A stretch of 58,812 nucleotides of DNA from contig CAZZEF010000002.1 of the NCBI GenBank assembly GCA_964652875.1, forward strand, positions 1 through 58,812, in the 5' to 3' direction. Positions 26,394 through 36,759 of this stretch are shown here, piece by piece. Each line of letters opens with the position of its first letter. Position 1 is the first letter of the stretch. The position numbers and the translations under genes are program-made. The notes below the pieces were generated by a model that worked only from the letters and a program-made list of their open reading frames with translations, was not told the DNA's origin and made no database searches. Source of the DNA: an uncultured Planctomycetaceae bacterium (lineage in GTDB: Bacteria > Planctomycetota > Planctomycetia > Pirellulales > Thermoguttaceae).

Positions 26394-27716
26394 ATGAAAA
26401 TTCATTATTTTTTATTAGCCGGTCTGATTTTAATTCTTTTGACCGTTTCGTCGGAGAGCAAAGAGTCGAAAGAGGAGAAAACGCCGGAAAGAGAAACGGT
26501 TCCTGAAGCTCAAAGAATGGTGATTGATGTTTTGGTTCCGACAAAACAGCTGAAAAATATCGATGTATTAAAAGCGATGATGCGGGTACCGCGTGACCAG
26601 TTTGTCGCCAAAGATCTTCGTCCATTCGCATATCAGGACATAACACTTCCGATTGGCAATTCTCAAACAATTTCCCCTCCCTTTGTTGTTGCGTATATGA
26701 CGGAGCAACTTGATCCGAAACCAACCGACCGCATTTTGGAAATCGGCACCGGAAGCGGATATCAGGCCGCCGTTCTCGGTTTGCTTGTTCAGGATGTTTA
26801 CACCATTGAAATTGTAAAAAATCTCGGACAACGAGCAGAAACTCTTTTAAAGCGGTTGAAATATGCCAATATTCATTGCAAAGTCGGCGACGGTTATCTT
26901 GGCTGGCCGGACGCGGCTCCGTTCGATAAAATCATTGTTACCTGTTCCCCCGAAAAAATACCGCAGCCATTGGTCGATCAGCTCAAAGAAGGCGGAAAAA
27001 TTCTCATTCCGCTGGGTGACCGTTATCAGCAGTATTTTTATTTGTTCACCAAAGTAAACGGACAAATGGAAAAACAGACTCTTATTCCCGCCTTTTTTGT
27101 CCCGATGACCGGTGAAGCGGAAAGTAAACGAATCGTCAAACCGGATCCTAAAAATCCGGCTCTCGTCGGCGGCGACTTTGAAGAGATCAATGAAGGAAGC
27201 AATACTCCTGTCGGCTGGTATTATACGCGAAACGTCGCAATCGCTCCCGAAGAGAATGCCCCAAGCGGAAGCTCTGTTCTCCTTTTCAATAATGAAAAAG
27301 TTCTTCAAGAGCAGTTGAAAAAAGAAAAGATCGGTCAATCGGTCGGAACAGTCATGACCGCCGCGCAAAAGAGTCATGAATTAATGGCTCATTCTCTTCA
27401 GGCATTCGCTATCGACGGTAATTATGTCAAAAAACTGAATCTTTCCTGTTATATTCGAGCAAACGATCTGAAATCCAACGATGGAAGCCGAATGATCCCT
27501 GTTGTTGTTCTTTCTTTTTTTGATAAAGAACGGTCTTTTATTGGAGAAAAAATCATTGTCGCGGTCCCGACTTCCAATTTTGACTGGAAAATTTTTGAAC
27601 GTCAGGATATAGCAGTACCTAAAAAAGCGAAAGAAGGAGCTATCCGTATCGGTATATTAACGGGCACTGGTGAATTGGCTATTGATAAAATTGAGATCAA
27701 AAAGAGTTCTCGATAG
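26394..27716 (+). CDS. pcm: Secreted protein-L-isoaspartate O-methyltransferase fused to a ~200-aa C-terminal domain
   Basis: Signal peptide, then VPRDQFV, QTISPPFVVAYMTE, LEIGTGSGYQAAVL and the PCM core to about aa 230. A beta-rich extension ends in GAIRIGILTGTGELAIDKIEI. Confidence 0.8.
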   Translation: MKIHYFLLAGLILILLTVSSESKESKEEKTPERETVPEAQRMVIDVLVPTKQLKNIDVLKAMMRVPRDQFVAKDLRPFAYQDITLPIGNSQTISPPFVVAYMTEQLDPKPTDRILEIGTGSGYQAAVLGLLVQDVYTIEIVKNLGQRAETLLKRLKYANIHCKVGDGYLGWPDAAPFDKIIVTCSPEKIPQPLVDQLKEGGKILIPLGDRYQQYFYLFTKVNGQMEKQTLIPAFFVPMTGEAESKRIVKPDPKNPALVGGDFEEINEGSNTPVGWYYTRNVAIAPEENAPSGSSVLLFNNEKVLQEQLKKEKIGQSVGTVMTAAQKSHELMAHSLQAFAIDGNYVKKLNLSCYIRANDLKSNDGSRMIPVVVLSFFDKERSFIGEKIIVAVPTSNFDWKIFERQDIAVPKKAKEGAIRIGILTGTGELAIDKIEIKKSSR

Positions 27717-27787
27717 TTTTTGGAGGATTCATCGCAGCTATGTTTTTCATTTAAATTCTAAATGCGAAGATAAAAAAATATTCTCCA

Positions 27788-27884
27788 ATGATGTCTGTTT
27801 TTCCGATTTTAAAGTCGAAAAATCAGCCGATCCGCAAAATCAACCTGCCGGAAAAACAGAATATTAAAAAACGCTCCGTATAAA
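27788..27884 (-). repeat. PAL element copy L (diverged)
   Basis: Plus strand reads ...GTCGAAAAATCAGCCGATCCGCAAAATCAACCTGCCGGAAAAACAGAATATTAAAAAACGCTCCGTATAAAA. It aligns with the minus-orientation copy at 38942-39047. Confidence 0.55.
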
Positions 27885-28407
27885 ATTTTCTGACAAGTTT
27901 ACAAAAATAACCGCAAATTTTTTGCGTCTAAAGACTTGATTTTATCAATCGTTCAAAAGATCTTTAAGAATTTTTGTAACTTTTCTGTCAGAGACTTGCG
28001 ACGAAACATTTTTTTTGGTAAAATACAGAAAATAAAGAAAACATCGCTTTGTTTCCCTGTTCTTTATTTCGGAATAACAATAATCCGTAAAGCATACCCG
28101 CCCTAAACAAAGGATCTGATCTGAATTAACATATAATGAAAACAAACGGTTTATACCGCAATTCAAACCGTTTTCAGAACAGATTCTCAACTTTAGATCT
28201 TTCAGTCGGTTTTACAATTGAAAAAACACTGTTGTTATTCCCGCCGAAATATTCGAATTTTATTAAATTTTCGGTCTTGGTATTCCCCCCAACATGCAGA
28301 AACCTGACAACATAAGTTCGGCGTATTCCCCCAAAAACAAGCTTGACCAACCCGCAACAAATACAACGGAAACTATTCGTTATCATTCATCTGTCGAGAG
28401 GTTTTTT

Positions 28408-29778
28408 ATGAACAACAATATGTCGCGTCGATCCTTTACAAAATTGGGAGCCCTTGGAGCGGTTCTCGGCGCGGGAACTGTTTTCGGCGCCCCCGCTGTT
28501 CAGGATTCAAAATCCAAACACAAGATCATTGGCGCCAACGACAAAATCCGATGCGCTTTCGTCGGGGTCGGAACTCGCGGCTTTCAGCTTCTGGATCGTG
28601 TCAAAACTATTGATAAGATCGAAATTTCTGCTTTCTCCGATGCGGACACCGCGTTAATGGACAAGGCCGCAGAAAAATTCAACGCTAAAGGCCGAAAAGA
28701 AAAAGATTTCAGAAAATTTCTCGACAAAGAGGCCGGCATTGACACAATGGTGATCGCGACCCCTAATCACTGGCACGGATTTCAGGTTTTGGAATCGCTA
28801 AAAGCTCTTAAAGATGTTTACATCGAAAAACCAATGACCAATACCGTTCGGGAAGGACGGTATATTATTGAAACAGTCCGACGCAATCAAAATATTGTTC
28901 AAGTTGGAATTCAGCATCGAAGCAGTCCGCTCTATCAAAAGATCATTAACGATCGGATCTTTTGGCGGGTCGGCAATATTATTTCCGCTCATACCGCTTA
29001 TTGCGACAATATGTCTCCTTACGGAATCGGAAGAGAGCAGTTTATTGACCCGCCGGCAACTCTTGACTGGAATCTCTGGATGGGACCGGTCTATCAACCG
29101 TTCCAAAAAAACATTGCGCCCGCAAAATTCCGCTGGTGGGTCGAATTCGTTAATCCATTCGCGACACAGGCCATTCATCTGCTGGACATGATCCGATGGA
29201 TCTATCGGGAACGCGGACCAGCTTCCGTTTCCGCTTATTCCAATAAACTCGGCTTTCGTGATGACAGAACTGTTCCGACGACCGTCGAAGCCGTTATGCG
29301 TTTCCCGTCAGGAAGACTCGTTAGTCTCAGCTGTCACGAAGCATCCGGTAATCCTCGAATGGGTACCGATGAAAAATATGAAGCACTCGGCGATATCGAA
29401 CTCAGAGGCAACCTTTCAACACTCTATTTTAACGATAATCGTTTTGTTGTTAAAAAAGAACGGATCGGATCATTTCAGCCCAAAGATACCTGGCGCCGAA
29501 ATAATGAAATTTTTGAGCTGAAAGAAGAAGAGAAAAAAATTGACGCGACCAAAGCTCATCTTGAAGATTTCTTCAACTGCGTCCGTTCCCGGGAAAAAAA
29601 CCGGATGCCCGCCGACGAAGGTTATTATACCGACACAATGTTTCATATGATCGCCGCTTCTCTTATTACCGGAACATCGCTCGATTGGGATTTCGGACGG
29701 GAACGGTTCGCCAATCATATTGCCGCCAATGAGTTGCTCGAATACGAGTATTATCCGCCCTGGAAACTCGAACCCTGA
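28408..29778 (+). CDS. Gfo/Idh/MocA-family oxidoreductase with twin-arginine signal
   Basis: Start at MNNNMSRRSFTKLGALGAVLGAG behind GAGAGG. It has the Rossmann motif IRCAFVGVGTRG and EKPM. Confidence 0.8.
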   Translation: MNNNMSRRSFTKLGALGAVLGAGTVFGAPAVQDSKSKHKIIGANDKIRCAFVGVGTRGFQLLDRVKTIDKIEISAFSDADTALMDKAAEKFNAKGRKEKDFRKFLDKEAGIDTMVIATPNHWHGFQVLESLKALKDVYIEKPMTNTVREGRYIIETVRRNQNIVQVGIQHRSSPLYQKIINDRIFWRVGNIISAHTAYCDNMSPYGIGREQFIDPPATLDWNLWMGPVYQPFQKNIAPAKFRWWVEFVNPFATQAIHLLDMIRWIYRERGPASVSAYSNKLGFRDDRTVPTTVEAVMRFPSGRLVSLSCHEASGNPRMGTDEKYEALGDIELRGNLSTLYFNDNRFVVKKERIGSFQPKDTWRRNNEIFELKEEEKKIDATKAHLEDFFNCVRSREKNRMPADEGYYTDTMFHMIAASLITGTSLDWDFGRERFANHIAANELLEYEYYPPWKLEP

Positions 29779-29794
29779 TGCGGACATTGATCTT

Positions 29795-29828
29795 GACGGT
29801 CTGAATTTTTACAGGAAGACCGTCTTTC
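29795..29828 (+). terminator. Hairpin terminator after the oxidoreductase gene
   Basis: GACGGTCT-N14-AGACCGTC followed by TTTCG. Confidence 0.55.
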
Positions 29829-29925
29829 GCAATCTGTTTTTAAAGAATACGCAATCTTCCCGGCCTCTTATAAGCGGATCTCATTTCTGCTTTTGTGTTT
29901 CGTCTTCAAAATTTTTTATTTACCG

Positions 29926-29970
29926 AAAAAAATAACCGTCCTGTTTTAAACGACAGAACGGTTATTTTTC
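29926..29970. terminator. Bidirectional terminator between convergent genes
   Basis: AAAAA-AATAACCGTCCTGT-TTTAAACG-ACAGAACGGTTATT-TTTC is a 14-bp stem with one mismatch. Confidence 0.75.
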
Positions 29971-30036
29971 ATTTATACTTTTATAATATTACAAAAACTA
30001 TTTCATTGAAGGAGCTGTTGCTGAACCGGAAGCGTT

Positions 30037-31635
30037 TCAGTGGACAATATCAAAGAAGTAAGCGGTATTTTTACGAATCAGATAAATACGCGCTTTTTGA
30101 TTTTCTTCTTTTTGCGGCAGACGTTCCCAAGCGTCGGCAATATAGCAGCAGTCGTCAAGCGAAGTAACGCACCAGCGATTTTCATCGCTCTGGCCAATGA
30201 CGAAGCCAAAAATAACATCACCTTTTTCAAGTCGTTCATTTTTCGTTTTGAACAAACTCGTGTCTGAAACGGCAGTTACCCGAACTCCGCCGGTCGGATG
30301 AATTTTATACCGGCCCATTGTAATGCTTTGCAGATCAGGATAAAGTTCGCGGTATTTCTCTTGAGAAACAGGCTCAATTTGAATACCGAACTTACTCCAA
30401 AGATATTCTTCTTTATTATTGGCCGTCAGAATAATTTCATTTGATTCGGCCGTTGTTTTCTGGGCGTAAACTGTTCGCGTTTCCGATTCAGCAGAAGCGG
30501 GCCGGGCAGCATGAAACTGAATGCCGACATTTTTCTGTTCGTCAAGCTGAAGCGAAAGTTCGAGTTGATGTCCGTTTCGGCTGACGATCACTTTTATTGG
30601 ATTTTCGCGCGGATGATCAATCAACGAACAAGTAAAATCAAGCGGAGAATGAATGTCGTTCTTATTGGAAACGAGTAAAAAATCGCCTTTTCTCAAACCG
30701 GATCGCGCGGCTGGACTGGTCTCTTCAAGATTTTGAACGATGCAACGGGCAACTGATCCGTGTTTTTTCCCCTGCTCTTCAAGATCAACTTGACGAAGCG
30801 AAATGCCGGTATTCTGTATTCCCGTTACCGATTCCCGGATCATACGATCGGCCACTTCGATTACTATGTCGACCGGAATGGCAAAAGCAATATTTTCCGC
30901 GCCTTCTCGAACCGCGGCATTAAGACCAATCATTTCTCCTTTGATATTCACCAACGGACCTCCGGAATTACCCGGATTGATCGCCGCGTCCGTCTGAATG
31001 ACATTTTCATAAAAAAGCGTTTCGCTCGCTTTAAGAGGACGATTCAACCCGCTGACAATACCCCGCGAAACCGAGGCCTGATAGCCGAACGGATTGCCAA
31101 TCGCAATAACGTCTTCCGCCAAAAAAACATTTTCCGATCGTCCAAAAGCAATCTTTTGCAATTTATTGACCGGCTTGATTTTTAAAAGGGCAAGATCCGT
31201 CGTTAAATCGTTGCGAATAAATTCAACATCCCGATAAATTGCTCCGTCGCTTGTTGTGATCTGGATCTTGGTAAGACCTTTAACAACATGATAATTCGTT
31301 ATTATATAGCCCCGTTCATCAACAATAATTCCGGTGCCCATTCCAATATGCGTTACTGTTTCGCGTCCGCTTTTGCCTCGATTGGACGTTTCATAAGATT
31401 CGGATCCTTCGGCCTGTTTTTCCCCTTGAATACTGACAACCGACGGATTCGCCCGAGCAACGGCCCGGACAAAACCGGTCTTTTCCGACAAGAGCGGATC
31501 ATCTTCCCGAAGCGTTAATGTCGAAACTCCTTGAGAGAATAATTCGCCCGTAAACGAAAAACTCAGTAATATAAGAATTCCCCAAAACCAAATAGATCTG
31601 TTTGCCGTTCGGAGATGGAAAGTTGTTCGTTTCAT
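30037..31635 (-). CDS. HtrA/DegP-like trypsin-type serine protease with PDZ region
   Basis: Signal/TM segment, then TNYHVV, DLALLKI and INPGNSGGPLVN (His-Asp-Ser order), followed by a PDZ-like segment. Confidence 0.85.
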   Translation of the reverse strand: MKRTTFHLRTANRSIWFWGILILLSFSFTGELFSQGVSTLTLREDDPLLSEKTGFVRAVARANPSVVSIQGEKQAEGSESYETSNRGKSGRETVTHIGMGTGIIVDERGYIITNYHVVKGLTKIQITTSDGAIYRDVEFIRNDLTTDLALLKIKPVNKLQKIAFGRSENVFLAEDVIAIGNPFGYQASVSRGIVSGLNRPLKASETLFYENVIQTDAAINPGNSGGPLVNIKGEMIGLNAAVREGAENIAFAIPVDIVIEVADRMIRESVTGIQNTGISLRQVDLEEQGKKHGSVARCIVQNLEETSPAARSGLRKGDFLLVSNKNDIHSPLDFTCSLIDHPRENPIKVIVSRNGHQLELSLQLDEQKNVGIQFHAARPASAESETRTVYAQKTTAESNEIILTANNKEEYLWSKFGIQIEPVSQEKYRELYPDLQSITMGRYKIHPTGGVRVTAVSDTSLFKTKNERLEKGDVIFGFVIGQSDENRWCVTSLDDCCYIADAWERLPQKEENQKARIYLIRKNTAYFFDIVH

Positions 31636-32430
31636 TTGTCTTCACCAATATTCTGGAACATCGCGGATCCGTCCGCAATGAATTTACTTATCAACTTCTT
31701 TTTCATCGGTCATTCTTCCGCCTCCTCTTTACAAACTCTTGGAATTATCCTGTTTTTCCTTGTTTTTAATACAATTCCTCTTACCGAAACACCTTTTTAT
31801 ATTTACTCATTTTTTGTATTTTTTACTGTTTAATATTTTATTTCATTTTAATTACGATGTTTTTTCTGACATTTATCTTTTCTGCTTTAATTTATGATTT
31901 CGCAATCAGGGTTTGATATTATTATTTTTAGTATTTTATATCACCGCAATTCATTTGCTAATAAACAGATAGTCAAGCATACTGATTCAAACAGTCAATT
32001 GGCGTATGAACAAAATTAAAAAGAAAGCAGTAAAAAAACTTCTTCTTCAGACTGTAATTATGTCAAGGCTTTTTTCTTGATTAATTCAATTGTATTTTTG
32101 TACTGTATTTTATATATTGTCTTTATAATTTTTATGTCGTCTCTATTTCTGTTGACAAGTATTCGATCTAATTTCAAAATTGACGAAACGATTGTCCGGA
32201 TAAGATAAATAATAATATTGACAGGACATAGTAAAACGGGTAAAATTTTTCTGTCGTTTGCTGCTCATTATTCCGCTTTCTATCCATTTAACCGAAGTTA
32301 TTCCGATTACATTTGATTTCCTTATTAACTGATTAAATGGAACCAAATAACAAAGCCGTTCGACACAAATTATCGAAAATCCTAAATACAAACCATTTAA
32401 AATAAACAGTAAAATCAAACTGGAGAAGGT

Positions 32431-33291
32431 ATGACAATAAAATCGCTCAACATTATCGGTGAATCGATTAACGATTCCGTCCCTTCGACACATAATTTTT
32501 ATGACACAGAAGACTGGAACGGCATTCGCGGCTTGGCGTTAAGTCAACAGGATGGAGGAGCGGCCTATCTTGATGTCAATGTCGGAGGACGCGGGGCCGA
32601 GATGATGATTAAAGCGGTCAAAACCGTTCAAGAAAGTTCATCACTTCCGATCTCCGTTGATTCGCCTGATCCAATTCTCGCGGAAGCCGGACTGAAAGTA
32701 TACGATGCGGCCCGCGGAAAACCGATTTTAAATTCGATCTCTCCTTTGCGGACAGAAATGTTCGATCTTTATAAAATTACCCCGTTTCGGCCAATCCTGC
32801 TGATCTCGGAATTTATTAATTCCAACGGAGAGGAAGGACCGGCCCGAACGGCAGAGGAAACTTACGACGCGGCTTTGGATCTTTTTCAAAAAGCCAAGAC
32901 CGCCGGTATTCCCAACGAGGACATGATTTTCGATCCGGGCATTGCTCCGATTGGGTCTGATTACGAAGATAATTTAAAACGACTGCTTGATACTCTGAAA
33001 ATGATTCAGCAAAATCCGGAAATGTCCGGTGTTCACGCTTCCGTCGGATTAAGCAATTTTACGGTCATGCTTCCTCCCAAAACCAAAGGCGGGCTGGCAG
33101 TTAAAAGTACTTTGGAAAGCGCCTTTTTAACGGTCGCTCTTCCGCTCGGACTTGATTATGTTGTCGGTTCGGTAAAGAGAAAATATGAGATCTTGAATGA
33201 CGATCATCCGGCCATGCTTTGCCTGAACGACTGTCTTGCCGCCGGCGGGTTTGAATCGCTGGCACGTGTTCGACAATTTTATTCAAATTAA
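32431..33291 (+). CDS. Pterin-binding domain protein (methyltetrahydrofolate methyltransferase / DHPS-like TIM barrel)
   Basis: Contains LNIIGESINDSVP, AYLDVNVG, PISVDSPDP, ILNSIS and IFDPGIAPIG. Confidence 0.65.
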   Translation: MTIKSLNIIGESINDSVPSTHNFYDTEDWNGIRGLALSQQDGGAAYLDVNVGGRGAEMMIKAVKTVQESSSLPISVDSPDPILAEAGLKVYDAARGKPILNSISPLRTEMFDLYKITPFRPILLISEFINSNGEEGPARTAEETYDAALDLFQKAKTAGIPNEDMIFDPGIAPIGSDYEDNLKRLLDTLKMIQQNPEMSGVHASVGLSNFTVMLPPKTKGGLAVKSTLESAFLTVALPLGLDYVVGSVKRKYEILNDDHPAMLCLNDCLAAGGFESLARVRQFYSN

Positions 33292-33304
33292 TTATTTCGT
33301 TATT

Positions 33305-33407
33305 CCGGTTTCATGATGAATTTCATGTCCTGTCATCAAAAGAACCGCCGCCGATTCGCAGAGGCAGCCGGTAAAATCACGGAAAATTAAAAAGAGGACA
33401 GTATAAA
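33305..33407 (-). repeat. PAL element copy F (diverged, hairpin eroded)
   Basis: The reverse complement reads TTTATACTGTCCTCTTTTTAATTTTCCGTGATTTTACCGGCTGCCTCTGCGAATCGGCGGCGGTTCTTTTGATGACAGGACATGAAATTCATCATGAAACCGG. Confidence 0.65.
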
Positions 33408-33502
33408 GTCAGTCGGTTCAGTTATCCCGACGATACGAACAAAGTATTTTTCATACGTTTTACGGTTCTTGTGAATTTCAACAACAGGAAAGGATTTTCG
33501 AG

Positions 33503-34330
33503 ATGCGTTCAATCGCAATTATGAATCAAAAAGGGGGCGTCGGTAAAACAACGACATCGGCGAATCTGAGCGCGGCTTTAGCGGAAGCGGGCTATCGGGT
33601 CCTGCTGATTGATCTTGATCCGCAGGCTCATGCTTCTCTGCATTTCGGAATTGAACCCGGTCTCGATTTTCCTTCCGTTTACGATGTTCTTGTCGATGAC
33701 AAGGAACTTCGGGATGTTCGGCAAAAAGTAACGGAAACCGACAAACTTTGGCTGATTCCGGCTCATCTTGATCTGGCCGCCGCGGAGTTCGAACTCTCAA
33801 GTGTTGTCGGACGGGAAGTCATTTTGCGTGATAAACTGGCCAATGATGATATGACTTTCGATTATATTATCATTGATTGTCCGCCCTCTCTGGGAATTCT
33901 TTCTTTAAACGCGCTGGCCGCTGTTGAAGAAGTGTTTATTCCCTTGCAGCCTCATTCACTGGCCCTTCATGGGTTGAGTAAACTGCTCAATACCGTCGAT
34001 CTCGTTGTCAAAAGACTTAATCGAAAGCTTCATGTTTCCGGCGTTGTCTTCTGTCTGTTCGAACGAACCGCACTGGCTCGCGAAGTTGTCGAAGACATGG
34101 AAAAATTTGTCGAACAGGAATCCGGTAAAGATTCCCCCTGGTCGAATATAACGCTCTTCGATACTAAAATTCGGCGAAACGTTCGGCTTGCGGAGGCCCC
34201 AAGCTTTGGACAATCCATTTTCTGTTATGATCCGGCCTCAAATGGAGCCGAAGATTACCGCGCATTGGCCAAAGAAGTCATTGCGCAGGAAAATACGATC
34301 ATCAAAACTGCTGCCAAACAGACTGAATAA
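33503..34330 (+). CDS. parA: ParA/Soj-family ATPase
   Basis: IAIMNQKGGVGKTTTSANLSAALAEAG (deviant Walker A) and LLIDLDPQ. Confidence 0.85.
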   Translation: MRSIAIMNQKGGVGKTTTSANLSAALAEAGYRVLLIDLDPQAHASLHFGIEPGLDFPSVYDVLVDDKELRDVRQKVTETDKLWLIPAHLDLAAAEFELSSVVGREVILRDKLANDDMTFDYIIIDCPPSLGILSLNALAAVEEVFIPLQPHSLALHGLSKLLNTVDLVVKRLNRKLHVSGVVFCLFERTALAREVVEDMEKFVEQESGKDSPWSNITLFDTKIRRNVRLAEAPSFGQSIFCYDPASNGAEDYRALAKEVIAQENTIIKTAAKQTE

Positions 34331-34511
34331 CAAATTAAGCCAAACGGAACCCGATTAATGTTTTTTAAACAACATTGACCAAACATATTATTTCTTTGGA
34401 AACGGCAGGTCCCGTTGGATCAATACTATTGTTTGCCATTTGACATTGAGAGAATCAACCAAGACAAAACATATTTTGATCAGACCTTATGTTCATAGAA
34501 AAGGACTGGAG

Positions 34512-34907
34512 ATGTTTGAGGAAACCATTCATCCGCAATTTTCTGATTCCGATCTGTTCGGACATACCAATTACCTTGCAGCGGCGCGCTGGTTTGAACG
34601 GGGACGAACTCCGCTGTATCTCGAAATAGATCCCGAAATGAATCCAGCCAAAATGGGAATGGTCATCGTCAAAACGGAAGTTCTCTATTTTTTGGAAATC
34701 TTCATTGACCGGCCCGTTATCATAAAAACATTTGTTTCCAAAATTGGAATAAAGTCGTTTACTGTCGAACAGGAAGCCTGGCAAAACGATCATTTATGCG
34801 CGAAAAATACAACCGTTTTCTGCGGCTTCAATTCGACAACTCATTCAAGCGCGGTTCTTCCCGATTCGACCAAGGATATTTTAAAAAAACATTTGCCGCA
34901 AGTTTAA
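34512..34907 (+). CDS. Hotdog-fold acyl-CoA thioesterase (4HBT/YbgC-like)
   Basis: Start at MFEETIHPQFSDSDLFGHTNY behind AAGGACTGGAG. This is the typical 4HBT N-terminal motif. Confidence 0.6.
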   Translation: MFEETIHPQFSDSDLFGHTNYLAAARWFERGRTPLYLEIDPEMNPAKMGMVIVKTEVLYFLEIFIDRPVIIKTFVSKIGIKSFTVEQEAWQNDHLCAKNTTVFCGFNSTTHSSAVLPDSTKDILKKHLPQV

Positions 34908-34961
34908 AACAACTTCATGTCAAAACCATTGATAAAAACAAAAATAACAGGAGTACCTTTA

Positions 34962-36620
34962 ATGAAATTAACCTTGCTTCTTTCTATTATTGCAATTTGT
35001 ACAGGAGTCATCATGACAGAAAAAACTTCCGAAGCCGCGAACTCCGCCAAAAGTTTGACGCAGTTTATGAAACAGTATCAAACAGACTTTCATAAAATGT
35101 ATTGCGATGTTTCCTATTCCTGGTGGGACGCAATGATCACCGGCAATGAAAAGGCGTTTGAAAAAAGTTCACAGGCCCAACTGGCCATTTCAACCTATCA
35201 CAGTTCGCCGGAAAAATATAATACTCTTAAAAAACTGATCGCCGATACCCAGGACGCTTCGCCAGTTCTCCTGCGATCCGCTCACGCCGCTCTTAAAAAT
35301 TTCGAGCAGAACCAGCTTCCCCCCGATCTGATGAAAAAAGAAATTGAAATGTCCAATGAGATCGAACAGATCTTTCAAACACAGCGCGGTGTTCTCAACG
35401 GTAAAAAATACACCAATAATGAACTTTTGGAAATGCTCGAAAAAGAAACCGATTCCGCCAAACGTTTCGCCATTTGGGACTCGCTCAAACAGGTCGGCCA
35501 GATGGTCGCCCCGAAACTGATCAAACTGGCCGAAGTCAGAAATGAAATGGCCCGAAAGCTCGGCTATAAGAATTATTGGGAAATGTCAGTCTCCTTTCAG
35601 GATTATATTCCCGCGGAACTGACGAAAATTTTCGAAGAACTCGAAACGATGACGACTCCTTATTTCAAGGCAATGAAAGACGAAATGGACACGGAACTCA
35701 AAACCAAATTCAACGTCGATCGAATCATGCCCTGGCATTATGACAACCCGTTCTTTCAACAGGCTCCGCCGTCAAGTGAAGTCGACCCCAATGAATTTTA
35801 CAAAAACTTCAAAAAAGAAGATATCGTTTCTCTGGCTGAAAAATTTTATGACTCAATCGGTCTTGATACCCGCCCGATCGTCAAAAACAGTGATCTTTTT
35901 GAAAAGCCGGGCAAGTCACAACACGGTTTCTGTAATAACATGAATTTCGAAGGAGATGTCCGCATTCTCTGTAATATCAAGCCGACCGCCGAATGGATGG
36001 ATACGCAGTTACATGAACTCGGACACGGCGTTTACGATTTCAATGTCGATCGTTCGCTTCCCTGCAATATCCGCGAAGCCTGTCATATTTTTACAACCGA
36101 AGGCGTTGCAATGATGTTCGGCGCAATGGCCCGCGATCCCGACTGGCTGATCCAGTTCGCCGGTGCCGATCCGAAACGAGTCAAAGAAGTCGCTCCCGCT
36201 CTTAAAAAACAGCGTCTGCGCGAACAGCTGATCTTCTGCCGATGGACGATTGTCATGTTCCATTTTGAAAAAATGCTTTATGAAAATCCGCAGCGCGATC
36301 TCAATTCGCTTTGGTGGGACACCGTTGAAAAATACCAAATGATGCCCCGACCGGAAAACAGAAATTTGGGCGACTGGGCTTCCAAACCGCATTTCGTCAT
36401 CGCTCCGGTCTATTATCATAATTACATGCTCGGTGAACTTTTCGGCGCTCAGTTGCGAAACGCTTACAGCGGTCTTTATAAAAAGAATCCCAAAGAATTC
36501 GGAACGATTATGACCGAAAAAGTTTTCGCGCCCGGCAACAGATATCCTTGGCAGGAATTCGTTGAAAAAGCCACCGGAAAACCGTTCTCCGCCAAAGCTT
36601 TTGCCGATGAACTTAAATAA
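34962..36620 (+). CDS. Secreted zinc metallopeptidase, ACE-like (M2) gluzincin
   Basis: Start at MKLTLLLSIIAIC behind AGGAG. HELGH is followed by E about 25 aa later (TTEGVAMMFG). PHFVIAPVYYHNYMLGELFGAQL resembles the M2 C-terminal motif. Confidence 0.65.
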   Translation: MKLTLLLSIIAICTGVIMTEKTSEAANSAKSLTQFMKQYQTDFHKMYCDVSYSWWDAMITGNEKAFEKSSQAQLAISTYHSSPEKYNTLKKLIADTQDASPVLLRSAHAALKNFEQNQLPPDLMKKEIEMSNEIEQIFQTQRGVLNGKKYTNNELLEMLEKETDSAKRFAIWDSLKQVGQMVAPKLIKLAEVRNEMARKLGYKNYWEMSVSFQDYIPAELTKIFEELETMTTPYFKAMKDEMDTELKTKFNVDRIMPWHYDNPFFQQAPPSSEVDPNEFYKNFKKEDIVSLAEKFYDSIGLDTRPIVKNSDLFEKPGKSQHGFCNNMNFEGDVRILCNIKPTAEWMDTQLHELGHGVYDFNVDRSLPCNIREACHIFTTEGVAMMFGAMARDPDWLIQFAGADPKRVKEVAPALKKQRLREQLIFCRWTIVMFHFEKMLYENPQRDLNSLWWDTVEKYQMMPRPENRNLGDWASKPHFVIAPVYYHNYMLGELFGAQLRNAYSGLYKKNPKEFGTIMTEKVFAPGNRYPWQEFVEKATGKPFSAKAFADELK

Positions 36621-36759
36621 CTGTCTTGCACTGGATCAATCTGGCACAATGTTTTAAAAGTACTTGAACTTTATTTCAAATACAAATCTCCCGCCCCAGG
36701 CGGGACAAATCATTATCCCTCTATCTTTTTAACTTTGTACGGAATCAGCAGGAAATTTA

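Noticed and set aside
32143-32430. Cobalamin or other riboswitch upstream of the pterin-binding methyltransferase-like gene, and ORF 32143..32493(-)
   Set aside because: I could not find a B12-box-like GCCACTG or any recognisable conserved riboswitch core. The minus-strand ORF overlaps the gene start and is AT-rich with no SD.
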